A stretch of DNA of 64,000 nucleotides, from assembly GCA_963775425.1 (NCBI GenBank), contig CAVZJB010000014.1, positions 160,001 to 224,000 of the forward strand. The letters run 5' to 3'. This document shows, one piece after another, positions 28,356-38,874 of the stretch (position 1 is the first letter of the stretch; each line of letters opens with the position of its first letter). Source of the DNA: an uncultured delta proteobacterium. Its GTDB lineage: Bacteria; Myxococcota; UBA727; VGSZ01. The notes below the pieces were generated by a model. That model ran no database searches. It saw only the letters and a list, made by a program, of their open reading frames with translations, and had not been told where the DNA came from. The translations under genes and the position numbers were made by a program.

Positions 28356-28572
28356 CCGGCAGCATTAGCCCGAAGCGCGTGCCGCGCGCCGTGACCTGCG
28401 CACGGCGCGCGCTCACGGCGGGCGCGCCGTCCCTGGCGGCGGGTAGCAGACGGTCTCGACCACCTCGCCGTCGATCACGATCTGGTCCGCGGGCCCGCCG
28501 TCGCGCTCGCAGTAGCTGCCGCTGTCGACGGGCGTGACGCAGTTGTCGCCGACGTCGATGCCCGGGATCGGC

Positions 28573-30015
28573 TCAGGGCGCTTCGTGGGCGTCGGCGTCG
28601 AGGACGACCAGGCCGTCTTTGCCGAACAAAGCCTCGTCGGCGATGGCCTGCAGATCGGAGAGCACCTTGGCGCGGTCGCCCGCGACGACGACGGTGAGGT
28701 TCTTCGTCCTCAGATGATCCCGCACGGCCTGGTCCACGTCCTTGGTGCGCACCGCCTGCACCGCCGCCGGCATCTTCGCCCACGTGTCGAGGGGCAAACC
28801 GTGGAACAGCAGGTCCCACATGCTGCCGAGGGTGCGGCTGCACGTCGAGAAGCGCGCGGGCAGCGCGCCGATGGTGCCGGCGCGCTCGCGATCGACCTCG
28901 GCGTCGGTGGGGGGCTTGCCGGTCATTCCCTTGAGCTCCTTCATCACCTCGCGCAGCGCGGGACCGGTGGCGTCGGTGCGCACCGAGCTCGCCACCTGGA
29001 ACAGCGACCCGGAGCGCGTGTAGCCGAAGTACGCGTACGCGCCGTAGGTGTAGCCGTGGTTCTCGCGCAGGTTCTGGACCACGCGCGAGGGGATGCCGCC
29101 GCCGAGCACCTGCGCCATCAGCGAGGTGGCGTAGTAGTCGGGCGCGTCGCGCGACGGCCCCCGCGCGGCGACGAGGATTTGCGACTGCGCGGCGCCGGGG
29201 ACGTCGACGAAGAACACGGTGCCCTTCATGGCCGGCTGCGGCGGGCCGATGCGCGGCTCCCGCGGCGCCTTGCCCTTCCACGACGCCAGGTGGTCGTCGA
29301 GGAGGCCCTTGACCTCCGCCTTCGTCAGGTCGCCGACCACGACGAGCTGGGCGCCCTCCGGCAGGAACAGGCCCGCGACCTTCCTGCAGTCGTCGAGGCT
29401 GACCGCGTCGAGGGACGCCTCGGTGACGATGTGCCCGTAGGGGTGGCGCGGGCCGTACACGATCGGAGCCATCACGCGGTACGCGGCCGCGGTGGCGCTG
29501 CCGCGGGCCTGAAGCACCGCCCCCTTGCGCTGCGCGCGCAGCCGCTCGAGGTCGCCGGCGCGCAGGCCTGGCTCGGTGAGCAGTTGCGCGGCGAGGTCGA
29601 GCGCCGGACCGACGCGCGCCTTGGCCACGCGCACGTGCAGCGACGCCGCCTCGCGGCCGGAGCCGATGTCGACGACGGCGGCGATGTCGGCCTTCTTGTC
29701 CTCGAGCGCGTTCTTGTCGAGCGTCCTGGTGCCCTCGCCGAGGAGGTCGGTGCACATCGCGTGCATGCCCTCCTTGCCCGCGGGATCGAGCACCGCGCCG
29801 ACGTCGAACAGGAAGCGCATCTCGACGAGCGGCAGCTCGTGGCGCTCGACGAGGATGACGTCGAGGCCGTGGGCCTTGAAGCGGTCGGGCTTGGGCGGCG
29901 CCCACGTGGGCGCCGGCCCGGGCGCCGGCTGGTGCGACCGATCCGGCTCCGACGCCGCGGCGTGCGCGACCGGGGCCAAAAGCGCAGTGACGACGGCGAC
30001 GACGACGGCTCTCAC
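28573..30015 (-). CDS. M16 family peptidase, non-catalytic subunit
   Basis: ERHELPLV, SRVVQNLRENHGYTYGA, no HXXEH. GTGA overlap. Confidence 0.88.
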   Translation of the reverse strand: MRAVVVAVVTALLAPVAHAAASEPDRSHQPAPGPAPTWAPPKPDRFKAHGLDVILVERHELPLVEMRFLFDVGAVLDPAGKEGMHAMCTDLLGEGTRTLDKNALEDKKADIAAVVDIGSGREAASLHVRVAKARVGPALDLAAQLLTEPGLRAGDLERLRAQRKGAVLQARGSATAAAYRVMAPIVYGPRHPYGHIVTEASLDAVSLDDCRKVAGLFLPEGAQLVVVGDLTKAEVKGLLDDHLASWKGKAPREPRIGPPQPAMKGTVFFVDVPGAAQSQILVAARGPSRDAPDYYATSLMAQVLGGGIPSRVVQNLRENHGYTYGAYAYFGYTRSGSLFQVASSVRTDATGPALREVMKELKGMTGKPPTDAEVDRERAGTIGALPARFSTCSRTLGSMWDLLFHGLPLDTWAKMPAAVQAVRTKDVDQAVRDHLRTKNLTVVVAGDRAKVLSDLQAIADEALFGKDGLVVLDADAHEAP

Positions 30016-31352
30016 TGCGCACCGCCCTTCGCGGCGTCGCCCGCAGGCAGCGTGACGATCTCCACGCGGGGCTTGGCGAGCCACACGCGCGCCGCGTGCT
30101 TCACCGTCTCCGGCGTGCGCGTGCGCACCTCCCGGAGGTACTTGGTGAGGTAGCCGGGGTCCCCGGTGAAGTGGTTGGCGCGTTGAAGCATCTCGGTGCG
30201 CGCCAGGATCTCGTCGAGCGCGAACAACACGTTGGTCTCCGTGTCGGCGGTGCTGCGCTTGACCTCCTGCGCCGTGGGGCCCGTGTAGAGCACGCGCAGG
30301 AGCTGCTCGCGCACGACGCTCTCGACCTCGTGCACGTCCGCGCCGGGCTTGAGCGTGACGGCGATGTTGAACACCGAAGAGAAGCCCATGTCGTCGAGCC
30401 ACACCGAGACGTCTTGCGCGAGCTGCTTGTCGACGACGAGCTCTTTTTGCAGGCGCCCCCACCCGTCGTGGCCGAGGACGTCGCTGAGCGTCTCGAGGTC
30501 GACGTCGCCGGGGGCCGAGTAGCGCGGCGCGTGCCACGCCCACTGGACGCGCTCGAGCTTGGCGAACGGATCGTGCACCTCCTGCCGCACGTTGTGCTGC
30601 AGCACCGGCGTCGGCGGCGTCATGTGCTCCGGCTTTCCGCGCGCGGGGAGCGACGCGAACCACTTGGTGACGAGCGCCTTGGCCTTCTGCGTGTCGATGT
30701 CGCCGGCGATGGCGAGCGTGGCGTTGTGCGGCTCGTACCACTTCTCGAAGAACGCCCGCACGTCGTCGAGCTTGGCGCCCTCGATGTCCTCGTGCTTGCC
30801 GATGGTGAGGTGGCGGTACGGGTGCCCCTCGGGGAACAGCGCCTCGTACAGGGCGAAGCGCGCCGCCCCGTAGGGCACGTTGTCGTAGCGCTGGCGCCGC
30901 TCGTTGCGGACGACGTCGATCTGGTTGTTCATCGACGCCTCGCTCACGTGATCGAGCAGGTAGCCGAGGCGGTCGCTCTCGAGCCACAGCGCCGTCTCCA
31001 CCTGGTTTTCGGGCACCACCTCGAAGAAGTTGGTGCGGTCGGTGTTGGTGGTGCCGTTGATGGAGGACGCCCCCGCTTTGCGCAGGATGTCGAAGTGCTG
31101 GTCCTCGGGGACGTCCTTGGAGCCCTGGAACATCATGTGCTCGAACAGGTGCGCGAAGCCCGTCTTGCCCGGCACCTCGTCGCCGGAGCCCACGTGGATC
31201 CACATGTCGACGGCGACGACGGGGATGCGGTGGTCCTCATGCACCAGCACCTCGAGGCCGTTGTCGAGGACGAAGCGCGTGTACGGGATGCTCGGCTCGG
31301 CGGGCCCCTGCGAGAGCGCGCCGAGGAGGAGGAGAGGGGCGAAGGCGATCAT
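30012..31352 (-). CDS. M16 family zinc peptidase, catalytic subunit
   Basis: LDNGL, GFAHLFEHMMFQGS (HXXEH), LESDR, VRNERR. Confidence 0.93.
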   Translation of the reverse strand: MIAFAPLLLLGALSQGPAEPSIPYTRFVLDNGLEVLVHEDHRIPVVAVDMWIHVGSGDEVPGKTGFAHLFEHMMFQGSKDVPEDQHFDILRKAGASSINGTTNTDRTNFFEVVPENQVETALWLESDRLGYLLDHVSEASMNNQIDVVRNERRQRYDNVPYGAARFALYEALFPEGHPYRHLTIGKHEDIEGAKLDDVRAFFEKWYEPHNATLAIAGDIDTQKAKALVTKWFASLPARGKPEHMTPPTPVLQHNVRQEVHDPFAKLERVQWAWHAPRYSAPGDVDLETLSDVLGHDGWGRLQKELVVDKQLAQDVSVWLDDMGFSSVFNIAVTLKPGADVHEVESVVREQLLRVLYTGPTAQEVKRSTADTETNVLFALDEILARTEMLQRANHFTGDPGYLTKYLREVRTRTPETVKHAARVWLAKPRVEIVTLPAGDAAKGGAQ

Positions 31353-31447
31353 GGCGCCGGACCCTAACCGCTTTCGGCTCCGCTCGCCGCACCCCCGTGC
31401 GCGACGACGGCGTTGGCACCCGCGGTCGCGGCCGCTATGCACACGCA

Positions 31448-32776
31448 ATGGCACCCACCGTCGACCTCTCGCCGCTCGCCTCCCTCTACCAAAAGCACAT
31501 CGAGCACCTCGTGGCGCGGTACGCCAAGGTCCTCGACAAGCACGGCCTCGACGCGGCCGTCCTGCACACGGGGACGGCGCAGCAGAAGTCGGTGTTCGAC
31601 GATCAGTACTGGCCCCTCGTGGTGGTGCCCCACACGCGGCACTGGCTCCCGCTCGCCGTCGCCGACTGCGCCGTCGTCGTCGAGCGCGGCAAGAAGCCCA
31701 CGCTGCTGCTGAACACCGCGCGCGACTTCTGGGAGGGGCCGGCGGAGTCGCAGAGCGATCACTTCTGGAGCGCGTTCGACGTCAAGGAGCTCAAGGGCCT
31801 CGACGCCGTCAAGGCCGCGCTCCCCCAGGGCCGCCGCGCCTTCGTCGGCGAGAACCGCGCGCGCGCCAAGGAGTGGGGCTTCTCGGAGGCCGAGACCGCC
31901 CCCGCGTCCCTGTTGCAGGATCTCGACGCGCTGCGCGTGCACAAGACCGACTACGAGCTCTTGTGCCTGCGCGAGGCCAACCGCCGCGCGTGCCTCGGCC
32001 ACGAGGCCGTGCTCAAGGCGTTCGTCGACGGCGACCACAGCGAGCTCGAGCTGCACCTCATCTACCTGAAGGCCACCGCGCAGGACGACCCCGAGACGCC
32101 GTACAAGAACATCGTCGCGCTCGGCGAGCACGCGGCCACGCTGCACCACGTGAGCTACGGCAGGAAGCAGACCGGCGCGCAGTCGCTGCTCCTCGACGCC
32201 GGCGCCGGCTTCTGCGGCTACGACAGCGACATCACGCGCACCGCCGTCAAGGGCAAGGGCGCCGCCGCCGACGCCTTCCGCGGCATCGTCGCCGGCGTCG
32301 AGAAGCTGCAGCAGGAGCTGTGCGCGCGCGCCAAGCCCGGCGTGCCCTACCAGCAGCTCCACAACCAGAGCCACGAGCTCCTCGCCGAGGTCCTGCGCGG
32401 GGTGGGGCTGAGCACCGCCAGCGCGCAGGAGCTCGTCGATAGCGGCGCCACGCGAAAGCTGCTGCCGCACGGCCTCGGCCACAGCCTTGGCATCCAGACC
32501 CACGACGTCGGCTGCCGCAACATCGACCCCGAGGGCAGAAACCCCTTCCTGCGCAACACGTCCACGGTGAGCGCAGGGCAGGTCTTCACCATCGAGCCCG
32601 GCTGCTACTTCATCCCGTCGCTCCTCGACGAGCTGCGCGGCGCGCCCGTGGCCAAGCAGATCGACTGGAAGCTCATGGACGCGCTCGTCCCCTTCGGCGG
32701 CGTGCGCATCGAGGACGACCTCCGCGTCGTCGACGCGGGGACGGAGAACCTCACGCGCACGTTCCTCACGGCCTGA
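31448..32776 (+). CDS. pepQ: Xaa-Pro dipeptidase (M24B)
   Basis: DAGA...DITRT, PHGLGHSLGIQTHDVG, TIEPGCYF, GGVRIEDD. Confidence 0.9.
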   Translation: MAPTVDLSPLASLYQKHIEHLVARYAKVLDKHGLDAAVLHTGTAQQKSVFDDQYWPLVVVPHTRHWLPLAVADCAVVVERGKKPTLLLNTARDFWEGPAESQSDHFWSAFDVKELKGLDAVKAALPQGRRAFVGENRARAKEWGFSEAETAPASLLQDLDALRVHKTDYELLCLREANRRACLGHEAVLKAFVDGDHSELELHLIYLKATAQDDPETPYKNIVALGEHAATLHHVSYGRKQTGAQSLLLDAGAGFCGYDSDITRTAVKGKGAAADAFRGIVAGVEKLQQELCARAKPGVPYQQLHNQSHELLAEVLRGVGLSTASAQELVDSGATRKLLPHGLGHSLGIQTHDVGCRNIDPEGRNPFLRNTSTVSAGQVFTIEPGCYFIPSLLDELRGAPVAKQIDWKLMDALVPFGGVRIEDDLRVVDAGTENLTRTFLTA

Positions 32777-32789
32777 GCCGCCCGCGCGC

Positions 32790-34079
32790 TCAGGGGTCGA
32801 ACGTCGTCGCCGGCACGGAGGTGGCGGCGATGCCGTTGTCGTCGAGGACGAAGGCGCGGCCGCCGGCGGTGAGCGAGTCGGGGCCCGTGTACTGGTAGCC
32901 CGACTCGATCAGGTCGTAGGTGTGGTCGCTGTTCTGGTTCCACGACCACGCGATCCAGCCGATGCCGAGGTCCTGGAAGATCTGCAGCGCCTCGTGGGTG
33001 CGGTAGCTGACCTGCGAGTCCTGCTCCCAGCCGATCTCGCCGGCGATGAGGGGGACGCCGGCGTCCTTGGCCGCCTGCATCTGCTCGCGGATGGACCAGG
33101 GCGCGCCGTCGGCGCCCCAGGAGCCGACGTCGGTGGCCTCGCTCGTGCGCCAGAAGCCGTACATGTGGATGGAGAACGCGGTGTTGTGCTCGGGGTCGGC
33201 GTCCTCGATCTGCTGCCACCTGGCGAGCACGGTGTCGATGTGCTGCCCGCAGCCGCCGCCGGCGTCGAGCAGGATCATGTTGTGGACGCCGCCGGCGCGC
33301 AGGCGCTGGATGGCGGTCTCGTACGTCGAGGCCCACACGTTCGCGTCCTGCGGCCCCCACTCGTTGGCGATGTTGAGGATGACGCTGGCTTCGTAGTCGT
33401 TCAGCCAGCTCACGTTGGCCGGGTCCAGCCACATGTCCGTGATGGACGCGATCTGCGCCGGGTCGGTGCCGCAGGTGGCGCCGTGCTCCTCGACGATGAC
33501 CGGCATGTGGTTGGCGGCGTAGCGCGCCACCACCTCGCGCTTCTCGGGCGGCGTGTCGACGCCGAAGCCCGGCCCGAACACGGCGCGCACGATGTTGGCG
33601 CCGGTCTTTCCGAGCTCGTCGACGGCCAGCAGGTTCGCGTTCTGGTCACCCCACCAGTGGGTGTGGTTGATGCCGCGAGCGAGGAAGGCGTGGCCGTTGC
33701 CGTCGTAGATCTGCCCGTCCTTCACGAAGAAGCCCGACGACAGCACCGACGCCGGCGGCGTCACCACCGTGGGATCCGTCGAGGGTGGCGGGTCCGTCGA
33801 CGGTGGCGGGTCCGTCGAGGGCGGCGGGTCCCTCGACGGCGGCGGGTCCGTCGAGGGCGGGTCCGTCGCCGGCGGCGGATCGGTCGCCGGCGGCGGGTCG
33901 GCGGGGCTCGTCGCCGACGGATCCGGCAGCACCGGCCCCACCGCGACGCGCGGGTTGCGCTGCAGGTGCGGCTTGCCCGAGCCCCGCAGCGAAGACGACG
34001 CGGCGTCTCCGCCGGAGCCCGCGGACGGGGCGCAAGCGGTGACGACGACAAAAAGAGCGATCAGTGCGAACCGGTGCAA
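32790..34079 (-). CDS. GH5 glycoside hydrolase lipoprotein (mannanase/cellulase-like) with Pro-rich linker
   Basis: RGINH, NIANEW (acid/base), SIHMY, IAGEIG (nucleophile), IAWSW; (DPPPST)n linker. Start codon uncertain. Confidence 0.85.
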   Translation of the reverse strand: MHRFALIALFVVVTACAPSAGSGGDAASSSLRGSGKPHLQRNPRVAVGPVLPDPSATSPADPPPATDPPPATDPPSTDPPPSRDPPPSTDPPPSTDPPPSTDPTVVTPPASVLSSGFFVKDGQIYDGNGHAFLARGINHTHWWGDQNANLLAVDELGKTGANIVRAVFGPGFGVDTPPEKREVVARYAANHMPVIVEEHGATCGTDPAQIASITDMWLDPANVSWLNDYEASVILNIANEWGPQDANVWASTYETAIQRLRAGGVHNMILLDAGGGCGQHIDTVLARWQQIEDADPEHNTAFSIHMYGFWRTSEATDVGSWGADGAPWSIREQMQAAKDAGVPLIAGEIGWEQDSQVSYRTHEALQIFQDLGIGWIAWSWNQNSDHTYDLIESGYQYTGPDSLTAGGRAFVLDDNGIAATSVPATTFDP

Positions 34080-34217
34080 ACGAGCATCCTCCGCCCCCTC
34101 CTGTGCGGGGCGGACCGTAGGCGCGCGATCTCGGGCGCGTCGACGTGGGAATCGTCGCACACGACTCCGTGAGCGAGGCCGCTGCGCGCCCTCGCCGGAC
34201 GCGGAGAGCGGCGCCGC

Positions 34218-36185
34218 TCAGATGCCGAAGCGGTAGCCGAGGACGACGCCGGCGCCGACGGGCGCGCCCACGGCGGCGAGCGGGAAGGTCAGGCCCCAGC
34301 CCGCGCGCCCGTCGAGCTCGAGCAAGCCGGGGCCCACGCGATACGCGAGGCCGGCGACAGCCTGCGCGGCGGCGCCCGGCAGCACGCTCCGCTGCTCGTC
34401 GGCGGCGCCGGCGTCGTCGACCTCGTCGGTGATCACGAAGCCCGCGCCCGCGCCGAGGTGGAGCGCGAGGCCCGGCGCGAGCAGCGGACGCCAGGCCGCC
34501 TCCACCAACAGCGGGAACGAGCGGTGATCCACGTGCGCCGGCGCCGCCACCGACTGCAACACCGACACCGAGAGCCCCGCGTGCACGGCCCCGCCGAGCC
34601 CCGGCAGCCGCACCAGCAGCGAGAGCTCCGGCCCCGCCTGCAAGAGCGCGCCGTAGTTGCTCGCCCCCTCGAGCCCAGCGCCGACCAACAGCCGCGCGCG
34701 CGGCCGCGGCACCGTCTTCACCGTGGTGTCCGCCGACAGCGCGCCGAAGGCTCCCCGCACCTCGACGAAGCCCGCGCGGTCCGCCGGCGCCGGCACGAAG
34801 CGCGCGCGGTACAGCGTGCCGTCGACGGTGGCGGCCACGAGCTGGCCCGCTGCGCCGTCCACGGCCATCGCCGCGCCCGTGGGGACGAGCGGGTTTCCCA
34901 CGGCGTCCACCGCGCGCAGGTGGAGCTCCACGGAGCTCCTGCCGTCGGCGACGACGGCGTCGGCGGGATCGAAGCGCAGCCGCGCGGGCTTGCCCGGCAA
35001 CAGCGAGATGCGCCGCGTGCCGAGCACCGCCCCCGACGACGCCCGCGCCGTGAGCGTGGCCGCGAGCGCGCCCTCGTGCGCGGGCAGCCGCGCCGGCACC
35101 ACCCACGCGACGCTGCGCGCGTCCTTGCCCGCGGGCGACACGGAGTCGATGCGGCCGAAGTCGACGTCGACGCTGGCGGCGTTGGCGGGAACGGCGTTGC
35201 CCGCCTCGTCGAACAGCCGCAGCTCCACGTGCACCGTGCGCGGATCGTCGGCGGTGAGCACCTTGGTGCGGGTGTCGAGCGACGCGCGCGCCGGCCGCCC
35301 GGACAACAACTGCACCGCCGCCGTCGCCGTGGAGCCGGGCGCGTCCACGAGCGACACGTCGATCTTCGCCGTGCCGCGCGCCGCCTTCCCCGGGTGGAAC
35401 AACAGCTCGAACATCCCGGGCGACAGCGGCACGGGCTCCTTGGACACCGCGCCCGCGCTCGCCTTCGTCTCGAGCTTGGCCTCGTACAGAGGCGCCCCCT
35501 TCTTGTCGACGGCGAACACCAACAGGCGCGCCTCGCCGCTGCCGTCGGCGGCGGCGACGTCGTCGAGGGCGACGACGGCCAGGCGGTTGAAGGTGGGGAC
35601 GTCGAGGTCGATGACCTTTTGCGACTCGTTGCCGACGTCGTCGACGGAGCGCGCCACGGCGTGCTCGGGGCCCGGCGGCACCACGATGGGCACGCTCGCC
35701 TCGCCGGCGTCGCCCGCGGTCACGGGGCCGAAGCTCTCGTTGCCGATGAACACCGTCACCGCGCTCCCGGGCTTCGTCTTGACCGTGGTCCGGCCCTTGC
35801 CCCACAGGGGGAGCGGCACGAAGCCCACCGCCGTGCCGGTGGCCGTCTCGAGCGTGGCGGAGACGATGGCGACGTGCGGGAACGCCTCGCCCGGCGGGGT
35901 GAAGGTGGCCGTCCAGGTGCCGGGGCCCGTGCGCCGGGGCGGGCCCACCCTCCCCGTGGACGCCGACAGCGTGGGCGCGGCCACGTCGAGCGGCCCGCCC
36001 GAGGGGGTCTTCGCGGCCAGCTCGAGGGTGACGCCGTGCGCGTCGCCGAGGACGATGCGCGGCTCCCGGACGGTCCAGGTGAAGGCGTCGACGTCGAGGC
36101 CCCGGGGCGCCGACACGGCCGGCGCGGCGGCCGCGAGGGACGCGGCGACGGCGGCGCAGATCCGAGCACGAGCACAGCGCGGCAA
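34218..36185 (-). CDS. Secreted protein with Ig/invasin-like repeats and C-terminal beta-barrel-like region
   Basis: Repeated ADGxxxxxL...D..GN motifs and a terminal LGYRFGI. Confidence 0.6.
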   Translation of the reverse strand: MPRCARARICAAVAASLAAAAPAVSAPRGLDVDAFTWTVREPRIVLGDAHGVTLELAAKTPSGGPLDVAAPTLSASTGRVGPPRRTGPGTWTATFTPPGEAFPHVAIVSATLETATGTAVGFVPLPLWGKGRTTVKTKPGSAVTVFIGNESFGPVTAGDAGEASVPIVVPPGPEHAVARSVDDVGNESQKVIDLDVPTFNRLAVVALDDVAAADGSGEARLLVFAVDKKGAPLYEAKLETKASAGAVSKEPVPLSPGMFELLFHPGKAARGTAKIDVSLVDAPGSTATAAVQLLSGRPARASLDTRTKVLTADDPRTVHVELRLFDEAGNAVPANAASVDVDFGRIDSVSPAGKDARSVAWVVPARLPAHEGALAATLTARASSGAVLGTRRISLLPGKPARLRFDPADAVVADGRSSVELHLRAVDAVGNPLVPTGAAMAVDGAAGQLVAATVDGTLYRARFVPAPADRAGFVEVRGAFGALSADTTVKTVPRPRARLLVGAGLEGASNYGALLQAGPELSLLVRLPGLGGAVHAGLSVSVLQSVAAPAHVDHRSFPLLVEAAWRPLLAPGLALHLGAGAGFVITDEVDDAGAADEQRSVLPGAAAQAVAGLAYRVGPGLLELDGRAGWGLTFPLAAVGAPVGAGVVLGYRFGI

Positions 36186-36208
36186 GCGGCGCTAATCTAT
36201 CTCCGGCC

Positions 36209-36712
36209 GTGGGGGCCGCCGAATTTCCGCGCCGGAGCGTCCGGCGCACGACACACGAGGACGAGTTGGTTCACGTTCGCCGCGCAACCACCCCGGAGCA
36301 GTTGGCCGCGTGCCTGCAAATCCGCCGCGTGGTGTTCATCGAGGAGCAGAGCGTCCCCGAGGCCGACGAGCTCGACGACCTCGACGCCGTCTGCCGGCAC
36401 TTCCTCGCGGCGCCCGGCAAGAACAGCCCCGCCCGCGAGGCCGTCGGCACCGCCCGCATCCTCTTCCTCTCCGACGGCACCGCCAAGGCGCAGCGGGTGG
36501 CGGTGCTCAAGGAGCACAGAAAGAGCGGTGTCGGCGCCGCCTTGATGTTCGCCCTCGAGGGCGAGGCCGCCCGCGCCGGCCTCGCCACGCTCGTGCTCGG
36601 CAGCCAGTTGTCGGCCGTGCCCTTCTACGAGCGCCTCGGCTACGAGGCGTACGGCGACGTCTTCGTCGACGCCGGCATCGACCACCTCATGATGCGCAAG
36701 AACGTGTTGTGA
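36209..36712 (+). CDS. GNAT acetyltransferase (YjcF/ElaA-like)
   Basis: IRRVVFIEEQ, RVAVLKEHRKSGVG, FYERLGY, DAGIDH. The true start may be downstream. Confidence 0.88.
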   Translation: MGAAEFPRRSVRRTTHEDELVHVRRATTPEQLAACLQIRRVVFIEEQSVPEADELDDLDAVCRHFLAAPGKNSPAREAVGTARILFLSDGTAKAQRVAVLKEHRKSGVGAALMFALEGEAARAGLATLVLGSQLSAVPFYERLGYEAYGDVFVDAGIDHLMMRKNVL

Positions 36713-37183
36713 CTAGCGGGCGGTGACGAAGCGGGCGATCTCGCCGTCCGTCGGCGGCCGGCCGCACGAGGCCAACACGCCGATCCAGTGATCGGCGCCG
36801 AGCGCGCCGTCGTAGATGCGCCGGGCGGCCCGCTCGGACAGACCGTGCGCGCGGGCCTGGCGGAGAAACCAGGCCCAACACGCGCGCTCGGCGAACAGCC
36901 CGATGCCGAAGGGCACCGACGCCACCACCGGCGCGAGGATCCCGAGGATCAAGCGGCCGTGCACCACGAGGCCGACGCCGACGACGGCCGCGGCGGTGAG
37001 CCCGAGGCCCGACAACTGCATCCACCCGCGCGCCTTGTCGAGGCGCAGCCGGGCGCGCACCAAAGACGCCACCAGGCGCTCGTCCGCCTCGTGCGCCTCC
37101 AGCTCCCGCAGCGCCCCCGAAAACGGCGCCTGCCAGGTGGAGGCGGCCAGCGGCGCGACCGGGAGGGCGGGAGGTGTCGGCAC
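36713..37183 (-). CDS. Hypothetical membrane protein (2 TM)
   Basis: 3' part of a long ORF, with two hydrophobic helices. GTG start assumed. Confidence 0.55.
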   Translation of the reverse strand: MPTPPALPVAPLAASTWQAPFSGALRELEAHEADERLVASLVRARLRLDKARGWMQLSGLGLTAAAVVGVGLVVHGRLILGILAPVVASVPFGIGLFAERACWAWFLRQARAHGLSERAARRIYDGALGADHWIGVLASCGRPPTDGEIARFVTAR

Positions 37184-37236
37184 CCCTTGAGGATAGCGAG
37201 GGCGAAGGGCTCGTGCCCGTTCGCCGGCGAAGGACG

Positions 37237-38874
37237 TCAGGCGAAGAGGGACTGGGACAGGCGCGACAACACGGCCTGGACGCCGGCGTCGCCCTCCTTG
37301 AGCAGGTCGATCTTCTTCACGCTGGCGAGGACGGTGGTGTGGTCGCGGTCGCCGAAGCAGCGCCCGATCTCGGGGAGGCTCCGGCCGAGCTGCTGGCGCA
37401 CCAGATACATCGCCACCTGGCGGGCGCGCGTCACCTGCCGCTGCCGCGAGGGCCCCGTGAGGTCCTTGCTGCGCAGCCCGTAGTACGCCGCCACCACCTC
37501 GATGACGCGGGCGACGGTGACCTCGGCGCTGCGCGTGGCGAGCACGGGCCGGAGCTGGTCTTTGGCCTGCGACAGCGTGATCGGCTCGCGCGTGATGGAG
37601 GAGAAGGCGGACAGGCGCACGAGGGCGCCCTCGAGCTCGCGGATGGAGGTGGTGATGTGCGACGCCAGGTACTCGGCGACGTCGAGCGGCAGGGCGCAGC
37701 CGAGGGTGTGCGCCTTCTGTTCGAGGATGGCGATGCGCGTCTCGATCTCGGGCGGCTGCACGTCCGCCACCAGGCCCCACTGCAGCCGCGTCTTCAGGCG
37801 CTCCTCGAGGCCGGCAATCTCGTGGGGGTAGCGGTCCGAGGTGACGACGATCTGCTTGTGCGTCTCGTGCAGCGCGTTGAACGTGTGGAAGAACTCGTCC
37901 TGCGACGCGTTCTTGCCGGCGAGGAACTGCACGTCGTCGATGAGCAGCAGGTCGCAGCCGTCGCGGTAGCGCCGGCGGAACTCGTCGAAGCGGCGCTCGT
38001 GGATGTCGTGGATGTACTCGTTCACCCACTGCTCCGCCGACAGGTACACCACGCGCATCTGCGGGTGGCGCTGCAGCGCCTCGTGCCCGATGGCGTGCAG
38101 CAGGTGCGTCTTGCCGAGGCCGGTGCCGCCGAAGAGGAACAGCGGCGAGTAGCGGGCGCCGGGCAGCTCGGCGACGGCGGTGCAGGCGGCGAAGGCCATG
38201 CGGTTGGAGGGGCCGGTGACGAAGGCGTCGAAGCTGTACTTGGGGTTGAGGCGGCTCGGCCGCGCGCGGCCCTCCCGCGGCACGAAGGGCACCACGGGCG
38301 CGGGGGCGCGGCGGGCGGCGCTCTTGTGGGGCGCGGCGTGGGGCGCGCTGTGGGGGCCGGTCTGCGGCGCGGCCTGGCCCCCGTCGGCGGCGGGGGCCTC
38401 GGCGGCGGGGGCCTCGGCGGCGGGGGCCTCGGCGGCGGGGGCGGCGTCGTACACCGCGGGATCGTGCTCGACGACGACGCGCACGGGGCGGCCGGCGACG
38501 GCGGCGGCGATCTCGGCGAGCTCGGCGCCGTAGTGATCGCGCGCCCAGTCGCGCGCGAAGGCCGACGGCGCGAGGACGACGAGCTCTGTGCGCCCCTGCG
38601 CCGGCTGCACCAGCGAGCGCGGGCGCAGCGGCTCGAGGAAGCCCCGGAAGGCGAAGAAGGACATGCGCTGCGCCATCCGCTCGAGCACCGCGCCCAGGAG
38701 CCGGGCCGCCTCTCCGGCGCTGTCGTCCGCCGGCGTGGGCACGCCCCGGGGGGGTGTGTGCTCGGGGGCGTGCGGGTGGCTCTTCTTGGGCGTCAACGCG
38801 GCTCCGAACGGCTTCAAACGACACACACCCCCGAGCGGAGCGCGGGCCCCGCGCGCGAACGCGCCGTGTTCCAT
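37237..38874 (-). CDS. dnaA: Chromosomal replication initiator DnaA (true start probably further downstream)
   Basis: LNPKYSFDAFV, GGTGLGKTHL, LLIDDVQF, QDEFFHTFN, RELEGAL, RDHTTV. Confidence 0.97.
   Translation of the reverse strand: MEHGAFARGARAPLGGVCRLKPFGAALTPKKSHPHAPEHTPPRGVPTPADDSAGEAARLLGAVLERMAQRMSFFAFRGFLEPLRPRSLVQPAQGRTELVVLAPSAFARDWARDHYGAELAEIAAAVAGRPVRVVVEHDPAVYDAAPAAEAPAAEAPAAEAPAADGGQAAPQTGPHSAPHAAPHKSAARRAPAPVVPFVPREGRARPSRLNPKYSFDAFVTGPSNRMAFAACTAVAELPGARYSPLFLFGGTGLGKTHLLHAIGHEALQRHPQMRVVYLSAEQWVNEYIHDIHERRFDEFRRRYRDGCDLLLIDDVQFLAGKNASQDEFFHTFNALHETHKQIVVTSDRYPHEIAGLEERLKTRLQWGLVADVQPPEIETRIAILEQKAHTLGCALPLDVAEYLASHITTSIRELEGALVRLSAFSSITREPITLSQAKDQLRPVLATRSAEVTVARVIEVVAAYYGLRSKDLTGPSRQRQVTRARQVAMYLVRQQLGRSLPEIGRCFGDRDHTTVLASVKKIDLLKEGDAGVQAVLSRLSQSLFA

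Noticed and set aside
38320-38445. DnaA-box-like TGTGGGG motifs and 15-bp repeats inside dnaA
   Set aside because: They encode the low-complexity domain II linker (AEAPA, APH) and have three or more mismatches to the consensus.
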